Shown here: piece by piece, positions 24,815 through 28,600 of the stretch | Numbering within the stretch: the first letter of the stretch is position 1 | Layout of the letters: every line of letters begins with the position of its first letter | Virus record (IMG/VR): IMGVR_UViG_3300027563_000033 | Location: 1 to 28,600 of that record | DNA from: a virus | Taxonomy: Duplodnaviria > Caudoviricetes | DNA length: 28,600 nucleotides | Strand: one strand, 5' to 3' | The notes under the pieces: generated by a model | Database searches by the model: none | Seen by the model: only the letters and a program-made list of their open reading frames with translations | Told to the model about the DNA's origin: nothing | Position numbers and translations under genes: made by a program

Positions 24815-25443
24815 AAACCTTCACATCCCCAAACCTAACAAACCTTCAAACCTTCAAACCTCATATCCCCGCAGCGCATGATACCATAGATATAATGGTT
24901 TGTCAAGTCCTTTCAAACCTTAAAACCCCATAAAAAAATCTCCCAAAACCAGGGAGAAATTGTCGATAATCGTAATGTTTTTTTAACAAACCTTTATAGT
25001 ATTTAAAGAAACCAGGACATAATGGTTTGTTATTACCATAGGGTTAATTGTGTATACTTTAGATCCCCGCTTGCAGCGTCCTTAACAGGATAATGATTCA
25101 TTTGTGGCGGGGGAGCAGAAGGAAAGAAAGCCTTAAGAGTTATAACACTATACAACATACCAGATATAGCACTCATTGCTTCATTAAACATTACAGAGTC
25201 AGAAGGAGAGTCATGGCGATGTGAGGTTTGTCTATTTAGTTGAGCAAAGTGATCTCTTGGCATAATATAATTATAACATGGTTTGACAAACCTGGTTTGA
25301 TATGATATAAGGTTTGGGGAAATTAAGGTTTGGATCGTAATGTTCTGCTGGGGGAAAGTTTTGGAGGTTCGTAATGTCCTGGTTTGGGGATTTTTAGGTT
25401 TGGTTCGTAATAAGGTTTAAAGGTTTGAAAGAGTCACCGCCCC
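24815..25443. repeat. AAACC(T)/(A)GGTTT arrays in inverted orientation, with GGGG...CGTAA bipartite repeats (origin-like)
   Basis: AAACC cluster on the left, GGTTT cluster on the right; 17/18 inverted repeat at 24910-24927 and 25414-25431. Confidence 0.65.
25033..25263 (-). CDS. hypothetical protein, leaderless
   Basis: TGtTATAAT 6 nt upstream of the ATG. Confidence 0.55.
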   Translation of the reverse strand: MPRDHFAQLNRQTSHRHDSPSDSVMFNEAMSAISGMLYSVITLKAFFPSAPPPQMNHYPVKDAASGDLKYTQLTLW

Positions 25444-25475
25444 GTTCCAGCCCCGCAGGGGCCAGAACAGAAGGC

Positions 25476-25736
25476 TTAGTCTCCGTCTAACAAATCTGCA
25501 ATGTCCTCAAACCCTGTATCCTCAACATCCAAACCTTCAATGAACAAATCAAATGTTTCGTTTATGTATTGCTCTAGTGTAGGTGTGTGATTGATGATAC
25601 CCTCGGCAAATGCGAAAGCAAGTGGCAAACCTAAATCGTTGTACTCAAAGAAGTCTGACATTTCGTCATCTCCTTTGTACTGAATCCATAGTTGTCCTAG
25701 GATTAGTGCCTTGTTCTCAAAGGTTGTTGTAAGCAT
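25476..25736 (-). CDS. hypothetical protein (YNDLGLPLA motif)
   Basis: GGAAGG SD before MLTTTFENK. Confidence 0.7.
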   Translation of the reverse strand: MLTTTFENKALILGQLWIQYKGDDEMSDFFEYNDLGLPLAFAFAEGIINHTPTLEQYINETFDLFIEGLDVEDTGFEDIADLLDGD

Positions 25737-25923
25737 AGTTAGTACCTTCCTTAGTTTCTTTTGCTGACTCTGCGATTGTCTGTAATCTATTGTACACAAC
25801 ATTAGGCTGAGACTTTGCTAGGTATTCCCCGACTAATTCTAAATCAACTCTGAGGTCAGAAACCATGTTGCCTAACTTCATGGCTACCTTCTCCTCCTCT
25901 GTGACTCGTCTGCTTATACGCAT
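25717..25923 (-). CDS. hypothetical protein
   Basis: AAGGGAG SD before MRISRRVT; TGaTACAAT upstream. Confidence 0.7.
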   Translation of the reverse strand: MRISRRVTEEEKVAMKLGNMVSDLRVDLELVGEYLAKSQPNVVYNRLQTIAESAKETKEGTNYAYNNL

Positions 25924-25948
25924 AGTTCTCCCTTGTATCCATTGTATC

Positions 25949-25993
25949 AAAAAGTGGGGGAAAGAGCAAGCCCCACGCCTGCCCCTTCCACCC
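25949..25993 (-). terminator. probable Rho-independent terminator
   Basis: GGAAGGGGCAGG/CTTGCTCTTTCC stem followed by ACTTTTT on the - strand. Confidence 0.55.
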
Positions 25994-26015
25994 TATAATC
26001 TAGAGGACCCACTCC

Positions 26016-26381
26016 CTAGATCTGCGACAGGAAAACTGGTCGATAGGCTGCTACGAACAGGTCCCAATTGACTTGGATGTCTGAGCCCAGTTCATAGATA
26101 GTCTTAGTATTGAAGTCGATGATTACAGTGGTGTCCCAAAATTCATACTCATCGTTATTAATAGCATAGATACCAAACCCTGTCTCATCTAAGACTGAGT
26201 CTTGCGTAAGATAACTAATCATCATACGGGTACCATATGAGGCGTCTATCCACCGTGGCTTTGCATGCTCCAGGGCCATTGCGATATCACGCTGCCATTC
26301 GGTCTCACCCCAGTGACTGTACAGCACAACTGAAGGTTTAGTTAATGAGTCTTTAAATACATAGTTGATCCGTGCTCCCAT
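26016..26381 (-). CDS. hypothetical phage protein (MGAR...LYSHWG)
   Basis: AGGGAG SD before MGARINYVF. Confidence 0.72.
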   Translation of the reverse strand: MGARINYVFKDSLTKPSVVLYSHWGETEWQRDIAMALEHAKPRWIDASYGTRMMISYLTQDSVLDETGFGIYAINNDEYEFWDTTVIIDFNTKTIYELGSDIQVNWDLFVAAYRPVFLSQI

Positions 26382-26392
26382 TAGTTCTCTCC

Positions 26393-26485
26393 CTATCGTT
26401 TCGGTTCGTTGGTCCAGCCAGTGGCACCACCTAGTAGTGCTCCTAAAAACCACATAACAATAATTGCTCCAAAAATGATTTCCAT
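26393..26485 (-). CDS. small membrane peptide (30 aa)
   Basis: TAATG coupling; hydrophobic. Confidence 0.5.
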   Translation of the reverse strand: MEIIFGAIIVMWFLGALLGGATGWTNEPKR

Positions 26486-26631
26486 TAGTTCTCTTCCTTC
26501 CAGGATACAATTGATAGTTGGCTTAAAATTTCATTGCATAGGGCTTCTTCATCTTCTGCCTCTGCTTCATATTTAAAATGCATGTAATCTCCAGTGGGTT
26601 CAAAGATTACATCTACTCTATATTCGTTCAT
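26485..26631 (-). CDS. small acidic protein (48 aa)
   Basis: ATGA overlap upstream and TAATG downstream. Confidence 0.6.
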   Translation of the reverse strand: MNEYRVDVIFEPTGDYMHFKYEAEAEDEEALCNEILSQLSIVSWKEEN

Positions 26632-27071
26632 TTAGTTTCCAATCCTACTAGGGTCATTTCTTCAATGGTAGCACAATTAGGGCATTTTTCCAAATCCTGC
26701 TCTTGGAAGGCATCTCTAATAAGATTATCAGGGTCTTCCAATTCTGAGTCACAGGCCTCACAGTAGTACCATGGGATACCAACTTGGACCTGAATGGTCG
26801 TGTCAGGTGGGCAGGGTACCTCAGTGACAAAGTATCCTATTCTATTTACAAATCCCCAGCCGTTCCAGATATACAGACCACCGTCGTCACCGTCACCAAG
26901 CATCCAGATACGGTCTTCAGGGATAGACTTAACAAACTCTACCTCTGAGCCATATGTCTCAAACATATGTCCGTCAAATGAGGAGTTGGTTTCAAGGTGA
27001 TTCTTGATAGGCTTATAAGTGTTAAACCAATCCTCTTCAGTCATTTCGATAAAGCGTTCGTTAGTTGACAT
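26628..27071 (-). CDS. hypothetical protein with C-terminal zinc ribbon
   Basis: FETYG.E, G.GFVNRIGYFVTE.P, CEAC...CPNC. Confidence 0.75.
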   Translation of the reverse strand: MSTNERFIEMTEEDWFNTYKPIKNHLETNSSFDGHMFETYGSEVEFVKSIPEDRIWMLGDGDDGGLYIWNGWGFVNRIGYFVTEVPCPPDTTIQVQVGIPWYYCEACDSELEDPDNLIRDAFQEQDLEKCPNCATIEEMTLVGLETK

Positions 27072-27270
27072 CTTTACCTACAGGCTCGTATTGCTCATCG
27101 TAGATTAGGAAGTAGGCAACTGACAATGCTTCTGCATAGCCTTCTGCATAAGTGCGTTCCATAGATACCATAGCGTCACTATAGTCATCTTCTTCTTCCT
27201 CTTTGGCAATCTCGCTAAATTCTTTCCAAGCATCGTCAATCATGTCACGAAGCATTTCTTGTGGGGTCAT
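27061..27270 (-). CDS. acidic hypothetical protein
   Basis: GAGGAG SD, ATGA overlap. Confidence 0.7.
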   Translation of the reverse strand: MTPQEMLRDMIDDAWKEFSEIAKEEEEDDYSDAMVSMERTYAEGYAEALSVAYFLIYDEQYEPVGKDVN

Positions 27271-27518
27271 ACTTTGGTCTCCTCTATGTGTTTTCTGTCT
27301 ATAGATAAATTATACGTCATGCAGTATATATTTGTCAAGGCCTGCATGTATCCGTCTAGCCACTCACGTTCATCTGACTGGTCACAACGTTCTAACTTCT
27401 TTTCTGCCTCGACCATTTCAACTTTGAGATGTCCGTGCAATAGGTCGATTAATGGGATAGTTACATCTTCTAGAGCCTTCTCTAAATGTTCGGGGATGAA
27501 GGGATACTTATCGCTCAT
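27267..27518 (-). CDS. hypothetical protein
   Basis: AGGAG SD. Confidence 0.7.
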   Translation of the reverse strand: MSDKYPFIPEHLEKALEDVTIPLIDLLHGHLKVEMVEAEKKLERCDQSDEREWLDGYMQALTNIYCMTYNLSIDRKHIEETKV

Positions 27519-27669
27519 TGATAACTCCTAGTATATGTAGTACAGTATCAATCTCTGCTTCTTTAATCTTATAGAAATGATGTCCATTTACATAGTCAAT
27601 CTTTTCTAGGTCTTGTTGAAGGCTAATCAGGTGGATGTGTAGATATTCTTTGAGTGTGTTTAGGTCCAT
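27508..27669 (-). CDS. hypothetical protein (53 aa), leaderless
   Basis: TTGTAA-17-TATAAT 6 nt upstream. Confidence 0.6.
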   Translation of the reverse strand: MDLNTLKEYLHIHLISLQQDLEKIDYVNGHHFYKIKEAEIDTVLHILGVINER

Positions 27670-27672
27670 ATA

Positions 27673-27897
27673 TCAATTATAGGGGTTTGTGTTGATTTTT
27701 ACAACTGTACGGGGTGTGACATTGCTCACATCTGTAATGATAGGGGCATTGCCATCTGATACCCCGATATTAATTATATTAAAAGATCCACAGGGGCAAA
27801 GGGGTTGAAAATATTCAGACACATCTTTCAGGGTAGTGATCTCAATAAGAGCATCACAGTCAGTACATAGATAATCATACTTAGTCCAGTTCCACAT
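27673..27897 (-). CDS. zinc-ribbon protein
   Basis: YLCTDCD...CPCGS; TAATG coupling. Confidence 0.7.
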   Translation of the reverse strand: MWNWTKYDYLCTDCDALIEITTLKDVSEYFQPLCPCGSFNIINIGVSDGNAPIITDVSNVTPRTVVKINTNPYN

Positions 27898-28049
27898 TAG
27901 TCAAAGTACCCTTCTGCCCATAAGCCATCAAAGAAAGACATAGCCTTCTCCAGGCCATCTGTTACCTCAGAGGAGAGTCTACCTGATTTGATAGCATCTT
28001 CCATAGCATCTGTCATTACTGCAATATCAGTTTCAGTATAGCCTAACAT
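27897..28049 (-). CDS. hypothetical protein (50 aa, MLGYTETD...GLWAEGYFD)
   Basis: GGAGG SD. Confidence 0.65.
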   Translation of the reverse strand: MLGYTETDIAVMTDAMEDAIKSGRLSSEVTDGLEKAMSFFDGLWAEGYFD

Positions 28050-28189
28050 TCAATTGCCTCCATATATTTAATCATAGTATTAAGTGTTATGTGAATATAG
28101 CAATCACAATCATCTGATGTATCTCTGTCATCAAAATGTGCCAAGTTGTCATCATACATATAATCAATTAGTTCTTGTGATGTAATCAT
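28043..28189 (-). CDS. hypothetical protein (48 aa, CDC..H)
   Basis: TAAGG SD; overlaps the next gene. Confidence 0.55.
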   Translation of the reverse strand: MITSQELIDYMYDDNLAHFDDRDTSDDCDCYIHITLNTMIKYMEAIEC

Positions 28190-28242
28190 TCTGCCTTATC
28201 CGTTCTCATTGTTTGGGTCATGTATTAATTATCGCAGAGATT

Positions 28243-28358
28243 GGGGGAAATGTCAAGTCGTTCGTAAAGATTTTTAAGTTTGACATTTTTTGGGGGATTT
28301 GTAATTATCTTCGTAAAGATTTTTTAAGTTGACATTTTTTGAAAGTTGTGACCGCCCC
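28243..28358 (+). repeat. tandem ~49-bp repeat carrying the GGGGG...CGTAA motif
   Basis: TTCGTAAAGATTTTT(T)AAGTT(T)GACATTTTTTG occurs twice, then TTTGAAAG-tt-GTGACCGCCCC. Confidence 0.75.
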
Positions 28359-28368
28359 ATTTTCCTTG

Positions 28369-28442
28369 CGATTCCAACGGGACTTGAACCCGTAGCCTCT
28401 ACCGTGACAGGGTAGCGATCTAACCAATTGATCTATGGAACC
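28369..28442 (-). tRNA. tRNA-Asp(GTC)
   Basis: Acceptor GGTTCCA/TGGAATC with G73; anticodon arm CTACC-CTGTCAC-GGTAG; T-loop TTCAAGT. Confidence 0.93.
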
Positions 28443-28445
28443 TTG

Positions 28446-28474
28446 CGAGCAGTTTTAATTCTTGCTCAGGAATT
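28446..28474 (-). ncRNA. H-type pseudoknot motif, copy 4
   Basis: AATTC-CTGAGCAA-GAATT-AAAAC-TGCTCG on the - strand; 3 nt upstream of tRNA-Asp. Confidence 0.65.
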
Positions 28475-28481
28475 TTTTTAG

Positions 28482-28600
28482 TTATGCAATCTGCAAAACA
28501 TTTTGCACAACTTTTAGCAAACGATTTTTTTCTGCGTTGATAGCAGGGTCAAATCCTGATGCTGATGCGAGAATGGACTCGTTAGAACCACCACGAGCAG
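28482..28600 (-). CDS. C-terminus of a protein running off the window (possibly DUF932-like)
   Basis: ...RGGSNESILASASGFDPAINAEKNRLLKVVQNVLQIA*; family guess is weak. Confidence 0.55.
   Translation of the reverse strand, partial: ARGGSNESILASASGFDPAINAEKNRLLKVVQNVLQIA

Noticed and set aside
25316-25410. 34-36-bp periodic repeats as a mini-CRISPR array
   Set aside because: Conserved parts are only 5-8 nt, there is no 23-47-nt identical repeat with unique spacers, and no cas genes are present.
24910-25431. 18-bp inverted repeat as IS/MITE ends
   Set aside because: No transposase and no evident target-site duplication; the repeat is built from the local AAACC/GGTTT units.
25956-25980. GGGGGAAA as another copy of the bipartite motif
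   Set aside because: No CGTAA at the +20 offset; it is better explained as one arm of a minus-strand terminator.
1-28600. Stop-codon reassignment, or a cellular origin for the window
   Set aside because: Recognisable genes are full-length in code 11 and end in TAA, TAG and TGA. Dense tiny ORFs, scattered tRNAs, a CHAP lysin and HNH, with no housekeeping operons, fit a phage despite katG, erpA and the DnaA boxes.

Overview
AT-rich segment of a large tailed-phage genome. The host is probably actinobacterial (inferred from a WhiB gene and many apparently leaderless genes). No capsid, terminase or polymerase genes are in the window. The left half (mostly + strand) encodes surface/secreted proteins, an Ntn-hydrolase, a subtilase, tRNA-Asn, a CHAP amidase, an APS-kinase/nucleotidyltransferase fusion with DUF2061 genes, two luciferase-like monooxygenases, a thermonuclease, WhiB and Hsp20. 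The right half (mostly - strand) encodes KatG, tRNAs, a CDGSH protein, an ErpA/IscA protein, a HAD phosphatase, HNH and GIY-YIG-like nucleases and many tiny Cys-rich ORFs. Four 2OG-Fe(II) oxygenases are spread through the window. The most interesting signals are non-coding: (1) a four-copy covarying H-type pseudoknot placed just after stop codons and 3 nt before two tRNAs; (2) an origin/decoy-like locus with four perfect DnaA boxes, an MraZ-like triple repeat, a bipartite GGGG...CGTAA motif and AGGTTT arrays; (3) a solo tRNA(CCG) lacking the A20 arginine determinant; (4) a ROSE-like thermometer on hsp20; (5) two genes that appear to need AUU starts. All calls come from reading the sequence by eye; no database searches were run.
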